Source of the DNA: Antedon mediterranea
Taxonomy: Eukaryota; Animalia; Echinodermata
DNA: 64,000 nt
Direction of reading: 5' to 3'
NCBI RefSeq assembly: GCF_964355755.1
Contig: NC_092672.1
Coordinates: 1,488,001-1,552,000, forward strand
Shown here: piece by piece, positions 13,501-27,800 of the stretch
Numbering within the stretch: the first letter of the stretch is position 1
How the letters are laid out: the number at the start of each line of letters is the position of its first letter
Made by a program: the position numbers and the translations under genes
Notes under the pieces: generated by a model
The model's input: the letters and a program-made list of their open reading frames with translations, nothing else
The model's database searches: none
Told to the model about the DNA's origin: nothing

Positions 13501-16500
13501 AGTGTAAAAGGATAATATTTATTTACAAGTATAATTCTTACATTATAATTCACTATCAAGTACGATTAACATAGTTTTCTTCAAGTTCTGCTAAGGCTCT
13601 CAATTTTGTTAAAAGAAGATTCAGAATCGCCTTTTTAAAAATGCATAATGTAATCGATTAAACGATGTTGCTTGCAAGGCATGTACAGGTGTTTTTTGAC
13701 AAGAACACTAAGCGATGGATGGAAGCCTATACTAAACTACAAGTATGTGCACGCACATCCAGCTACTAGTGCTATTGTAAGTTTGCTTGGCAACGCGGAA
13801 AGTCAATTGACCAATCACAATCGACGATCTATCGCGTTGCGATTGATTGCGCGTATTTCCCTGGAAACAAAATATCGAACAAACATTGCAACAGTATTGA
13901 CAATAATCCTGTAAGCGAGAACTTTCACAACTATCTCTGGTAAATTTTCTAAGCGATTAAAAAATCCGATGTTAAACTAAATTTGAAATCACTGCTTTTT
14001 TTTTTACAAAATAGTTGCAGATGATTATCTCAATGTTGGTGTGTTTACATACAGATTTCTTTAACACTTCTTCAGATTAAAATCGTCGCCTATTCCAATA
14101 AGTAAAACATACACAGCGTAATCTGCAATGATCAGTAAGCCTCAAACCTTACAAGAAAAACAAACTTTACACAAATATAGAAAGATAAATACTTGAACAT
14201 AAAGCACCGAATAATTAACATTAAACCTAAACTCAGAATTCAAAGTCCATTGTCCTTAAGGAATGTACAAAGCTGTTACTTAGATGTTATCAGTAATATA
14301 TTAGTTTTTAATCCATTTGAGCACAAAATAAAGATTTCAAAAATTTCAAGTATTGCAATTGTACAATGCTTGTAAGCTCGTGAGATTTAGCCTCAGGATT
14401 CCGTTTTACACAAAGACTATGGTCTTGTGATTTGGTTAGAACTTCAGAACCAAGCTTGGACGCAATGTAAGTGACTTGTGACCAATCACAAGTGGCAGTT
14501 TAAAATGATCCATTGCTTGCAATTGGTCAAATTAGGACATCTAGGACAGCTATTATATATTGATCGCAAGACAATATATGGCGAGAAATACAAGAGAGAG
14601 AGTCCGATTCAAATTTTTCGAAGAGACATTAAATGAGGAGACCGATATTAAAATCACGAAGAAGAGAGAGACATATTGATATTAAAATCAAGACTAGAAA
14701 ATTAATGTTTATGTATTTGCTTGAAATGTCAATTCCTATTTGGCAAATAATTTAAACTTGATTGAAATTGATCGTCGTTGAACTTTGTAGACCTTTTGGC
14801 CGGCTGAGCAATATTTACCCTCAAATCAAAATCCATGTAACAGGTGCATGCTTGACACCTGGTAGCCAAGGCAATGCGAGAAGTGTCGGATACCGGTCGA
14901 GGGTCTTGCGAAAAATAAAATGTTTTTAAAGCAGCGGGTTACTCTCTAAACACTATGAAAACATTAGTGTAGGATTTAGAGACGATACACGATTTATAAA
15001 AGAGATAATGACGTCAAGATTTGTAGTATATGCGATTGGTATAGCTGATTTAATCTGTTGTACACTAGGTACAATAAACCTATGTATTCGTTTGTTTTAA
15101 TAGATTCAAAACGCATGCGCCATAAACAAATAATTGTTAAACACTGTAAACTTCATTTTTAATTCTGTACAAAACGTAGCGTGCTGGGTAAAATTATTTT
15201 TACCCCTTTACATTGCCTTGACCGATCTATGATGGATCAGAATCAGCCTCCAAATGGCGCCCAAAATCTCAACTTTTCATAACCATAATTTTACTTTAAA
15301 ACGAAATAAAACAATGATTCATAATTTGTCTTGATTTTAATTGCCTAATTGCTTATTGCATGTAATTACATGTTCTCGATGAGGTCAAATGGGGTCAATT
15401 GGGATACAGTTTTTGTTATTGAATGTGCCAACCAATCCATCATTACATTATTCAAGGATGGGAGTAAAAACCATAGAACTTACCCTTTTTAGTACAATTG
15501 GTGAAAAATAAGGAAAATGTCAAGTATCGTTTACACTAAGACGCCACGCAATTACGTACGTGCAAATTAAGTACTTTGACAACGCAATTACGTACGTTCA
15601 AATTAAGTACTTTGACGACCAATGACCATACGTTCGGATTATGCATCATTTCTTTACTTCTTTGGCTTGCATTGTGCATGTATATATACGTCTTTATTGC
15701 GTTGTACGCGCGTCCTTATCGCGTTGTGCGTACGTTCTTATCGCGTTGTGCGTACGTCTTTATTGCGTTGTGCCTACGCGCTTATCTCTCGCATGGCGTC
15801 GTCCAATTAAGTAACCACGCTTAATACACCGTACTGAATTGGTTAAGTGCCAACCAGAATACCAGCAAGTCTATAAAATCAACGGCAGCTAAAAAGTTAA
15901 ATTATTACATTTTTGGCTGATTCCACAACAATGTATAACTTAAAGACATGTCATAATGACGTATGATTGATTAATATTCCCAATCGATATATAATTGAGC
16001 CGTAAGCGAACAGTGAGATTATGATAAATCTCAGTCTCTGGTAACAATTTAGAGTAGGCATATGGACATTGTTTCCAAGCACATCCATGTCAAACACTAT
16101 TCCCAGTGTACCCAGTGTACTTCCTGGGCTCGACCTCGCAATGTTAATTTTTTTTATCTCGTTATATCTACATTTTGATTCTATTTTTGATAATTATATT
16201 AAATAATCATGGTTGTCTTATAATTTGATTATGTTACATTCAGTTGTTATAGCATAATTTACATTAACTTCACACAATATTATATTAAACATGTATTACT
16301 ATGGGACAAAAATCTGTGATACGGTGTCTACTTTAATGCTACCTCGATGCAAATGTTTGATTTAATTGGAACCAAAAGCATTAGACGGATCCCGCCGTCG
16401 TCACACTACCACGTTGCCAATCATCAAACCTAATATTTTTATTGTAAAGAAAACATCCCATGGCATTTAATTTTATATCTCTTATGAAAACATAAATAGG

Positions 16501-18819
16501 ATATATCCTTTTGTCTGTGGGGACTTTCTGCTATTTCAGACAACTTCCTCTGCCGTATAGAATATTTTAAAGTTGATTTACCTGGATAACATGCATCTCC
16601 CTCATCATGCCAATAGCGAACTTTGTTTTTATGATGCACAACTTAATTACGCAGCTGTCGAGTCTAAAAGTCATTTACGCTCAGAAACGCATGCGCGTGT
16701 AACTGTTATAAAACTCAATAGTTGCGTATTCTTTGTGGCACGTCGCAAAAACGGACGTTCGCCATTATTCTGTCACTGCGCGTAAACACACAGAGGTTGA
16801 CGCACGCTTACAAATAGAGTATCAGATTTTTACGCATGCGTATAACACCTACCACAATTATCAATACTTACACACACGGTTTTTTTTTATATTTGAAAGC
16901 AACCACAACTTTACACAATAAATAAATAATATTGAAAATGGTTAATGCACAAAACGATTTTTTAGATTTTAAAAAATCCAACATATTCATAAGGGAAACA
17001 TATCACACTGTATGATACTAAAAATAAACAACGGGATTCATAATTGTATTTGACACTAAAGTTAGCCGACAAAAGTTCCTAAATGACGTCATCCGATCAT
17101 TATACTGAGTAATGGATTCTCGAGACAAAATGTGTCATTAGTATGATTTTTATGGTTCAAATCCGCAGCGAGGATTACTTTTAATGCGTAATAATTTGAA
17201 CTAATTTATATTTATACATTTGAAGTGGACAACATTAAAAATAGCAGTGTTTACACGAGTGGGTTGTTTGGTATTATATCAATAAATATAGAAAACTTTA
17301 AAAATAACTTTCAATCGAAATAAATCTATAAATATAAATCCCATGATAATAATAAAAACAATAATTCATAATTCAAATGATCATTTTAGAGCATAATTAC
17401 GATATAAATAGATATTTTTTTTAAATATAAAAATATGATTCTAGTAATCTAAAAATATACCGTTTATAACAAATACACATGAAAAGTATGAAGCGCCGAG
17501 CGAGCACAGTTAAGTATATCCATCCATGATTCTCCCATAATGCTCCTCCTACGTTGCCTTGTTTTTGTTTTTTCCAAATCTAATCATAACATGATACTAA
17601 ACCTCGTGTGCTTTTAAAACTAACGAGACTAATATTTTAGGCCCTACACAACATACCTGCAGCAAACAGGGTGGTATTTAGCATTTATGCATCCGGAACC
17701 TACTAGCAAATCAAATTGAACCTGAACGGGTAAATTAAGATAAGCCCAGTTGTCTCAATCCATAACCGTTCGTGAAAGATATGACCTACGGGCAAGAACA
17801 GTCTCCCGGGGGTCATCATATTTAACATTCAACTGTATACAAGGCAAATTCTGATTCATTAATCAAAGGCAAAGAGCCAACATATTAAATATAAATAGCA
17901 AGCCATGCACGTAGAATAATAAACATTATAACATTGTTATTCCTCTACCAAATTGGAATTTTAACAGTAGGCCCTAACTCATTTCATTTTTTCTCATATT
18001 TAATGCAGTATGATCAATTTCATACTATCAGTTCTTACACGCGCGCGTCAACTAACGCGTGACACTTTTCGTCTGCACAACAACCACACATTTCTATACG
18101 AGATTTATAAATACACAAGCGCGCGTAAATTGTACAATTGGAAGTTTGTACGCGCGCATCAAATGTTCCCGAAATTCACAATTAAATAAATTGATTAATA
18201 AAAATGACAAGAAGAAAATCTTCAAACGAGCTAGCTAGTTTCAAAATGCCGTAGAGATATGGTTACCTCATCAATTTGTATTTTTCATTTTAAAAAATGT
18301 GCTGGCCGTAAGGGATGACAGGTCACCTATTTTAGGGCAGCGGAAATTATGATTTCTTTGATTGTCCCCAAAGGACGGTCTGTCATAACTGTTTTTTCTA
18401 GCTATATTAGGTTAGGCCTACATCACTGATCATCAACAACTACTGAATTGGAGCAATGTAAGCGGCTCCAAGGCACGACTTGCACTTTGTTTTTCTGAAT
18501 ATGTGCAACAAAAAAACATTCTTTCGAATGATTATCCGACACCTAAATAATTATGTTATTGGCACCAACGCATAGTTGTCAACCATTCATAAAGCAAGTG
18601 CTAAACCACACTAGCAATCAATCAATTAGTCAATCCAAACTTAATTGATTTAATCACCTATAATGATCATGGTTTATTGTCACTTAAAATACCAGCCTCG
18701 TCTTATATCGACGTCATTATAATTAGCTTCAACATCAGCATAATCATTAGGCCTATCAAAATCACCATTTACTATCATCTTCGTCATTATCTACAGATTT
18801 GGATTTGTATCATTTATTT

Positions 18820-19098
18820 TCATCATTATCACCCTGTCACGTCATATTTATCATCAATATACTCATCATATCAACACCAGAATTATTTCGATCCTCATCA
18901 TTATCATCATCATCATTATCATCAACATTATTATCATCGTCATCATCATTATCATCATCATCAAAATTATTATCATCATTATCATCATCATCAAAATTAT
19001 TATCATATCTCATCATCAACCCCATTATCATCATCTGCCATCATCATCAACAACCCCATCATTATCATCATCTGCCATCATCATCATCTCATCATCAA
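18820..19098. repeat. (ATC/ATT)n degenerate microsatellite
   Basis: Runs of CAT/TAT triplets; source of the poly-His/Ser/Asp ORFs. Confidence 0.9.
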
Positions 19099-20312
19099 TG
19101 CTTTCCAATTTGAGAACGTGACTTGTGTTTCTGTGTTTTCTGAAGTACACCGATGTAATCATACACAATCTAAATATCATTTTAATTAAGGAATATACTT
19201 ACAATAAGCCAAGGTAACGCTGATCTTAATATCCAATCTTAATTCATACTTCAAACGTCAAAATCTATTCTTTTACATAATATAATCAACCAAATTGGAC
19301 AAGTATCCAAAATCATCGAGTTGAATTTTCATTAGGCATATTGTGTTTTTACTTTTAAGAATATGTTTAGTTAAGTGTTATGTTTATTTGGATCTATTGG
19401 TCACGTGATTGCGTTGAGCGTACTAGATTCTGGTTCACGCATTATACGCGCGCGTCTCTCAGTACAGATCATACCTTATTCTGTGTTTGGAAGGCTTAAC
19501 ATGGTATTTAAAGCATTACTTTAAAATAATAATTCAAATGCTGTATCAAATCGTGCGCAACGGACCTAACGGTTGCTACGATATCAGAAGTATTTTGGAA
19601 ATGTTACTGAGCAATTTAAAAAAACACCTGTTGTCAGTGTACCGTGAAGACGGTACACACTATACACACTTGTTGGTGACACATCAAAACAAGAAGAATG
19701 TGTTTACATGACTTATTGAGAATCTACCAAGAAGGTAGAATTCTGACTTAACAGCGCATTCTTGAATACATCGAAAACCTATATATCAAACTATCTTTGG
19801 TAGGCGCGCCTATCTTGTTTTTTGAATACCATCTTTGACCACAATGTCAAGGTTAGGATCCTGAAGAAATGCCCAACGCGCCATAAAATCCAGTCCACAA
19901 CAGGTGGACCCATCGTCCACAAGATTCGTGTCCACTTTTATTGAAGTTGTTGCGTCATACCTATAAATAGACTAACGTATGGAACGCTATAGATACTAAC
20001 ATTTCCACTACATAAGTTCAGAACATCCATATTATGTTATGAATGGAATGTCAGAGGGAGATTTCTCAAGAACAGGTAAAATTACGTGCTAACGTTTTAC
20101 AAAAACTCGTCTTATTAAATTCAAATTACTGTTCTTGACATTGCTATAATAATATATTAACATCACAATCTTTTTCCATATTACAACCTTGTGAAGTCAT
20201 CTGAACATAGTATATTTTCATGTCTTAAATCTCGACATGTTTTAGGAGGTGTTATTACATTGTATTTGATATCAAATTTAACTGCAATACACATAATGTC
20301 TGACATTAACTT

Positions 20313-20558
20313 AAGCGCAACGTAATTAATTTAACCAATCACAAACAATGGATTATCGTCGTTTTTCATTGGTAAAGCTTGGTTCCCACTACAATTACGC
20401 AGCGCAAGGACGAGACGACGCAACGCAGGGATGTGGCGACGCAACGCAGGGACGTGGCGACGCAACGCAAGGACGAGGCGACGCAACGCAAACAAGTTGA
20501 CCACTGATGACAAGCGACAGCTCGAATAAGCCATCGCTTGTGATTGGTCAAATTACTT
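20313..20558. mobile_element. MITE family B partial/nested copies with 21-bp internal repeats
   Basis: AGCTTGGTTCCCAC end, about four GACGCAACGCAGGGACGTGGC units, hairpin core at 20497-20551. Confidence 0.68.
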
Positions 20559-21517
20559 GACGAGGCTTCAATTATATTTTACCTTCAGTGGTGCAGTATC
20601 GTTAACATGTATAAAAATTTAATTACATATTTTTATTATGAAGGTTAGACACGCTTTAAAGAAACATAAACTTACAATATATTATAATATACAGGCTATT
20701 TTTGTTAATGCAATATGAAATATCTTGTGACTGATTTTTAATGAGCTTTTGAAGGAGTATTTGCTTGTTTTGCAAAACACACAGACATGTTTTCAAATAC
20801 TATTCAGAAACAATTTACCTGTGTTCTTGTGAACAACAAACCTTTATGCAAACAATTAAGATTTGATATAGATAACATTCACCTACAAAACAGGATTATT
20901 AATAAGGAATTAGGAAATAACATTTAGCTCCTCAGCCTGTCTATGATCAAACTATTTTCTTTACACTGTTTTTCTCAGTTCTCACCACGTCTTTTGGAAT
21001 GTAGATGATTATCTCGCGTACACATTATATACTTTATAACAAGCAGAACAATCCACAATCGATGGAAAGTAATTTAAATAGTTTATTGTTTAAGATTTAA
21101 CCTTTGAACTCCAAACTGGAGTGAGGCATTAGGTTTTTAAGGGCCAATTCCACTAAAATTTTCGTTAAATTAAATCACTTTATCAATAATGCTGCTGAAC
21201 TTCCAAGCGTGTTAGACCAGGCCTAAGAATATTCTTTATTTTCACAATTCTGAGTACCAAGTTATTTTCGTATGCACTAATAATAAAAATTATTTTCTTT
21301 AAATCAGATTTAAACATATTTCTTTCAGAGCATACCTTCATGTTTCAGTCTATAAAATGGAGTTTAATGATACGAAGTGCGGGTGGTGAGACACTGTATT
21401 TATATTTAAATAATTACATTAAAATGACATCCAAAAGTACAAAGAATTTATTAACAAATATAATGTTCCAGGGTCGTGATACAAATCATTGCTATGTCAT
21501 AATAACCACATAATGTA

Positions 21518-21699
21518 CTTATGTGACGCGCGCGTACTGATATTATCAATGTTTATACGAGCGCGTCTAATTTTCGTCATTTGCTGATGTGACGCGCGCA
21601 TAATGATATTATCAATGTTTCTACGCGCGCGTCTAATTTTCGTCATTTGCTTATGTGACGCGCGCGTAATGATATCATCAATGTTTCTACGCGCGCGTA
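21518..21699. repeat. ~66-bp tandem repeat, ~2.7 copies, rich in ACGCGCGCGT
   Basis: ATGTGACGCGCGC..TGATATTATCAATGTTT..ACGCGCGCGT occurs three times. Confidence 0.85.
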
Positions 21700-22238
21700 A
21701 AAGCTGTGTCATTGCGGTGTCGATAGTGATGACTGGATCAAGATCGAGTTCCAATAGTGAAACTTTAGAATCAAAAGAGTTATGATTGAAATGAAACTTG
21801 GCAAATGAAGTTTGTTTCTTGTGCTAACCCTCAATATATAATAACAAAAAATACACTAGTAATAATAATACTGGCGTCAAATCGACGGATACACACTTTG
21901 AATAGGACTTACAAAGGCGTCAATGATAATAAATAAAACAGCCGCAAACAAAATCAGATCGATGGTATGGACACAAATATTCATATATATTCTAATCGCG
22001 TGTAGTATCTTTGATTTTCTCGCTTTATTTGATCTGTATAATATAAGGTTAAGATTAGTTTTATTTTATCATTCAATATCAAATTACACTATCTGTTCCA
22101 ATCCTAGACGTCTTTCTTGCTATTAATCTTTTATTCTATATTGTTGATTAATTATTCATTCATATTTTGTTTCTCCATTTTGTGAATATCACGTTGATAT
22201 ATTGATATGGATTAATTATGGATACTACATGATTCTAA

Positions 22239-22367
22239 AGAACTGTCTACACTATCAAACTAGTTTGACAAATTGTGATGTGCCTAAATATGGTAGTGTT
22301 ATGACATCATCGTGTCCATTATGGGCTCATCACATTTAACACAAGGTTCGATAGTGTAAACAGAGCT
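22239..22367. mobile_element. MITE family A, short full copy
   Basis: Same TIRs, TAA on both sides, single internal unit. Confidence 0.85.
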
Positions 22368-23068
22368 TAAGGTTAGATTATTATAGCAGGGTAGGGTAGT
22401 TACATGTGAAACAGCACAAAGTACACTCGTTCGAATGCACGTGGTAGAGTAGAACCAATAAAAGGAAATTATATAATACAGTATAGTGAGCTTTAATATC
22501 CCTATGGTGTTTATACAGATATTACCGATTGGTGTGCGCGCCAAATGCCTATCGCGCGACATTTGTGATACGCATCAATTCGTCGTCTGCTACCTGTGCG
22601 CGCGCAGGCATAACAAACTTGTTCTGACATAACACGTGGTTGACGAATGATATTTATGACAGGACTTATATAGATGACGTCATTGTTTATGAACGTGTAT
22701 TATGATTAATGCTATCACGAGCTAAAAGTTTTAAAGTATTCAAGTTATGTTTCGCTTAACTTAAATGGAAACGCAGACGATGTTGTGCTGAATTCTTTAC
22801 CGCTTACACGAAGGCCTACCTGCATCGAATGGCGACAAAAACACTCCTATTAGGCCTGTAGAGATTCAATATGATAGTGCAGTAACCGTCTGGTACTATA
22901 TTCACGCCACCAAAACATGTATTAATAATTTATTGTTCGTTTTAATGATCTTATACAGAGTAGGTACAGGTACTAAGCATGCAATACGAAATGTGCTTGA
23001 TTAATAAGTTAAGTGGTGAACTAATTACTTACTTCTACAAAAAAACCAGAACAAATGTTTCAACTTAC

Positions 23069-23172
23069 TGGAATGCAATGGCAGTCCATACAGACCATCT
23101 CAAAGAACGGCTCTCCAAGGTTCGGATGCCAACTTGTTTCCAAATCGTAAACTTTTCCACCAAAAATACAAC
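23069..23172 (-). CDS. chrd: Chordin exon 2 (first half of CR1/VWC domain)
   Basis: (G)[34 protein letters not shown] matches chordin CR1 (GCxFGGKxYxLxxxWHPxLGEPF..C..C.C). TCTAG acceptor, GTAAGT donor, phase 1 to 0. Confidence 0.95.
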
Positions 23173-23824
23173 CTAGAAGAGACATGAACCTAATTATTTT
23201 ATTGTGATAACTTGATTTCTTTTACCTGAAAGAAAGTTCATATTTGTACATAGGCCTACATTCATTTCGTGAAAAATTGGTTATTGTGATTGTGATGATA
23301 TAATCTAAGAATAATTATTATTGGTAATTTGTTTTGTCAAGTTTTAAATGCATGGTCATTAAAAATTACTTAATAACAAACCAATATATTGGTATTCTTC
23401 ACTTTTCATAGTAACAGAATAAATGATGATGAACTCATTATATTGTTGATATGAATTGATCAGTTCATTTGATTTGTAGACACCACATATATGTGGCCAA
23501 TGTAATATGGACATTTGATGTCATCAAACAATGTTGGATGGCATGATGTACACATTGGAGCATGTTATTAGGTAGTGGATTCAACAGGCCAATAAATCTA
23601 CCTAACAAACTTAGCGATAATTAGCCCATAGAACCAAGGCGATCTAACAACAGGATGCTGAGCTTGTCTTGTCAAGATGGAAGTTGTTCTTTTGAACTTT
23701 GATATTATTAGGATTGGCTGCGACAAATTCATACTATTGTTACAGTATATACCAAGTATAATTTTGGTTTCTGTTTAGGGGAACTGATCGTGTCGCAACC
23801 AAACAAACACCTTTGATCTAATAA

Positions 23825-24084
23825 GTGGAGTTGTGGCTTGGTGGTTATGATGCTTGGCTACCACTCTAAGGGTCCTGGGTTCAAGTCCCGTCACATGTCA
23901 GGATTTTTTCTAAGGACCAAATTTACTCCACTCCCAAACACTTGTTATAAGACTTTGTTTATGTAGAGCTTCTTGTGTATATGTTTGTCTTGTGAACCTC
24001 TGAGGGTCCCTAATGATCAGCAATAGCTGGAAGGATCACCCTCATTAAATATGGTTTTAAAAAAAAAATAAAAAAAAAAAATAA
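23825..24084 (+). mobile_element. tRNA-derived SINE with poly(A) tail
   Basis: Pol III A-box TGGCTTGGTGG (~23834), B-box GGTTCAAGTCCC (~23878), non-tRNA body, A-rich tail 24059-24084. Confidence 0.8.
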
Positions 24085-24594
24085 AGCTCATCATGTTGTT
24101 AGATTGTTGAAGGAGCCAACTTTACCCAAATAACGAGGGTGACCGGACCCATAAATTCAGCTTCTAATCCAATAGATTCGGAATTATAATTAGAATCTAG
24201 AATTCACGCAAATCTAACATTCCTATTCTGATTGGTTGTTGCGCATTTTTCGCATCGCAAAATGTAGATATGGGAAATATGATGGCCGTTGATTCGAGCG
24301 AGGCTCTAGTAGGTGCGCCGCGGTTTAAACTTTGAATGTGCTAACAATACGTGTTTTGTTTCAAAATCACAACATTAAGGTATATATAATTATACTGTAG
24401 TAATGTTATCTTAAAATAGCTCCACGGACCTTGATCATCAAATCGGCCTAGAATATTTGCAAACGATCCAAGTTTATTAAGCACATGTTTAAAAAATCAT
24501 CTTGTTAATTTCGCCAGGCAGCTGCAGGATATCATTTTGGAAACCCATATTTTTTTTTCAAGGTGCTGTCAAAAAGGTTAAGAACGGGGCAAAC

Positions 24595-24885
24595 AATAAT
24601 AATAATAATATCCTGGATTTATATAGCGCCTAATGTTATGAAACCTCTAAGCGCTGAACAGTATTACCCCAGTCATTTTTTTTTATCAAACACGTATGAA
24701 AACATTCTCCAATAGAGTGCAGCTAGTAATCAGCGCAAAGTTGTGTCTTGATCAAACCGGGTTCCCATTTATACACCTGCGTGGAGAGAGGCAAGCGTAA
24801 ATAAAAGGGATACAAGCAATGAGGTTGGATTTGAACCTCGATCTCACGATCACTAGTCGAATGTCCAACACACCACCACACGCCC
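24595..24885 (-). mobile_element. tRNA-derived SINE, MetaSINE-like, with L2-type tail
   Basis: Minus strand: head with B-box GGTTCAAATCC, central TTGCCTCTCTCCACGCAGGTGTATAAATGGGAACC (Meta-domain-like), tail GCGCTATATAAATCC..(TAT)n. Confidence 0.75.
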
Positions 24886-27800
24886 TTTCTAATCGATCAA
24901 TTGGTCCGTTATCAAATGATTTATTGATCCGCTTACTAGGCCTAAATTTAAACGATTCTTTAAACGGTCTATCATTCCTTACAATCCTATACAAAAATAT
25001 ATATAATGTTGGTGACGTCATAACTTGTGGTAACCTCACTGGCACTGGCAGCCATCAGTTCCCATCTACCGTGGGCGAATGGTTTAATTATGGCGTATAA
25101 CAAGTAGCTAAAAATAGAATATCTATTTGACTAAGAAAAAGATTAACATTTTAGCCAGTGCAACTTATTGACCATGTAAAAATATTACCCATATTTCCGG
25201 TTGTTGACATATAAATTAATTTTACAAGAAAATTCGATGAAAATTCAGTTGTTAAGTATGACACTTGTGGATGGACACGATGTATAATTATATATTTCTA
25301 CTGATTATGTTAATTGTTTAATTTATGACGCGTGTTTAGTTAACTAGTATATCTATTTATCATGATGTTATAACACTTGTGTTACCATGAAAATAGATTA
25401 AAACTACATTTGAAAACTACTGTAAAGTTGAACAATTGTGTGCATTTCGCCATTAATTTACAATATTACATTACAGTAACCATGGATAGATCAACAGTTG
25501 TTGGTGTTGGCGTGAACACGGTTGTGACCTGCCACTAGTTGCTGGGGCGAAATCCTAATATTTGTAGCGAATACTTCAATTTGATTGTCAATTGGATGAC
25601 TACTATGGAAAGCCAAATCCGCCAAAATATATATTATAACCGAGACAGCTCAGATAATATTTCATCCATATAATTCGTTAGTTTACGATAACTAGACACG
25701 AGTTCCGGGTTTTGGAAATCACATTATACTTTCTTTTTTAATATCTCAATACATTCACAATTCATAAAACCAGGCATAAAAGCAAGCGGTATCATTTTAA
25801 AAATCAACTTCGCTTTACTTTTGCATTCAGCTTCAAATGATATAAATGTTTATGATTAATAATCTCAAGCACATGCCCAATAAATCTAGACTAACGACCT
25901 CTTTTAACATGAAAATGTGTATAAATGCCAATAAGCATAACCACCAGACAACGAAGCGACTGGATACAAGCAGACGGCATAACGACTGGGAGAGAAGGAT
26001 ATTCACTTCCTGTGCCCTAGGTCAATCTGCTGTGCATCCTGGAGATCTGTCACTATTCCAAGTCCCTAGTTGACCATGCCCTGCCTTGCCTGCATACCCT
26101 AGTTTCTTTGGTTCAATTAGCAGTAAGGAAGGGAACTAGTTCGTGTGTTTTTAATGGGTGTAGCCCTACTACCTAAACGGTCTTGAGCCTCTGTTTGTTT
26201 CGTCTCTCCTCTTTGGATAGTATTGCTTGTGACATTGATGTTTAGCAGTAAATATTCCATGTTTTTCTATATAGGTTGACATATAAGGAATCCTTAATAT
26301 TAATTTCCGGTGAACCACGTTATGATAGCTAGGCCTAACGGTTTACCAGGGTATGAGTCAGCGAGAGAGGTGTCTCTAGTCCATTGCCTTCTGGGAATGC
26401 TGGTCGTTGCCATGCTAGCTCTTGCCAACGTCCGGTTTCTTATTGTACATTTAAAATGAACGCTAGTCACTAGTCGATATTTCCATAATATGTATGTAGG
26501 CCTACTCAATAAAATATTGTTTTATAATTCTGGAAAGTTATATAAATGGTCGCAAGCATGATACATTTCGAATAAACTATGCCGGCCATTCGACGAACTA
26601 AGATCTCTCTCTCACAGCTATGAGACGTCGCTACGCAAGAACATACGCGCAACGCTAAATAATTTTGACCAATCACAAGCAAGCAACATAATATCATCTG
26701 TCGCTTCAGAAAAACTGCCTGTACGAATGACGTAAATACTGTGTTTGTTCTTGAAATGAAATCTAACATGATTTATTTCTTTGATAATTTATGGTGGACT
26801 ATACCATTCCCTTATCAGAAATGAACAGCATCCATATAATATCTTTATAACGAGGGTTATTGCACTAAACACAAATAAGATTACTCTTTATACTGCTTTA
26901 TCGAAATGACACTTTATTAACAACCATTAGTATATTTCCGTTGCTCCCATTTTAAAATAATATTCAAAGTATCCGTTATCGCATTTTCACTATTAAAACC
27001 AATTTTTATTAAATTATATTTTAAATAATGTATTTACCAAACCACACGAGTGTTACGTTGTAATGAAAACAATCAACAATGTTTAAAAAAAGACATTTGC
27101 AGTACCTCTTTGAGATTGTTTCTACTGTACTTTGTTTCGTGTACTTGACAAAACTGTTGCGGTCGAATCGAATGTTTTTTAAGCGTGGCGAAGCGTGCCA
27201 GCTAGTTATCAAGTGCAATATGGATGATACAACCGTACAACGTACTGTATACTTCACTCGGCGTGTATCAGGTAATTTGATCACAAATTATAATAGATCT
27301 ATTAGTGACAGACATTTGGATCAAATTTTCACCGAACTCATCCCTAGAATAATGACTTTTATTGGTACTTTAATTGGCATGTTATGGATTTGTTATGGGG
27401 TTTTCACGTACGTAGTGGATAAAGCAAGTACGCGTATCGTATTTTGCAGGACCGTAAATACTAGAGTTCTCGGCTTATTAAAATGACAAAGAAAAAATAC
27501 AAATTTAATCAGTTTTAATTAATGAATAATTGTACATGAGGTGTGTTTAGTTCATAATAAAACCAGGGAAGCATTCTTCCCTAAACAAATCGTGTTTTCT
27601 AAGTTGTGTGTACAATCGAACAAAGCATATCAACTCTGCGTTTTCACGAAGCGCAACGCAAACTACGCGGGTGTCAATTCGAAAAGTCATTCTTCACATG
27701 CTCTAAACTATTATACGGATTTTACGGACTCAACTGAAAAAGTACATAATTTCAACATAGTTTTATGTATTATAGTGTACGGTAATATTAAAAGTAATAC

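Noticed and set aside
18677-19189. His-, Ser- and Asp-rich ORFs (170, 104, 65 aa)
   Set aside because: Translations of an (ATC)n microsatellite.
23825-23900. tRNA gene
   Set aside because: A and B boxes are present but there is no good acceptor stem, and it continues into a body and poly(A) tail; it is a SINE head.
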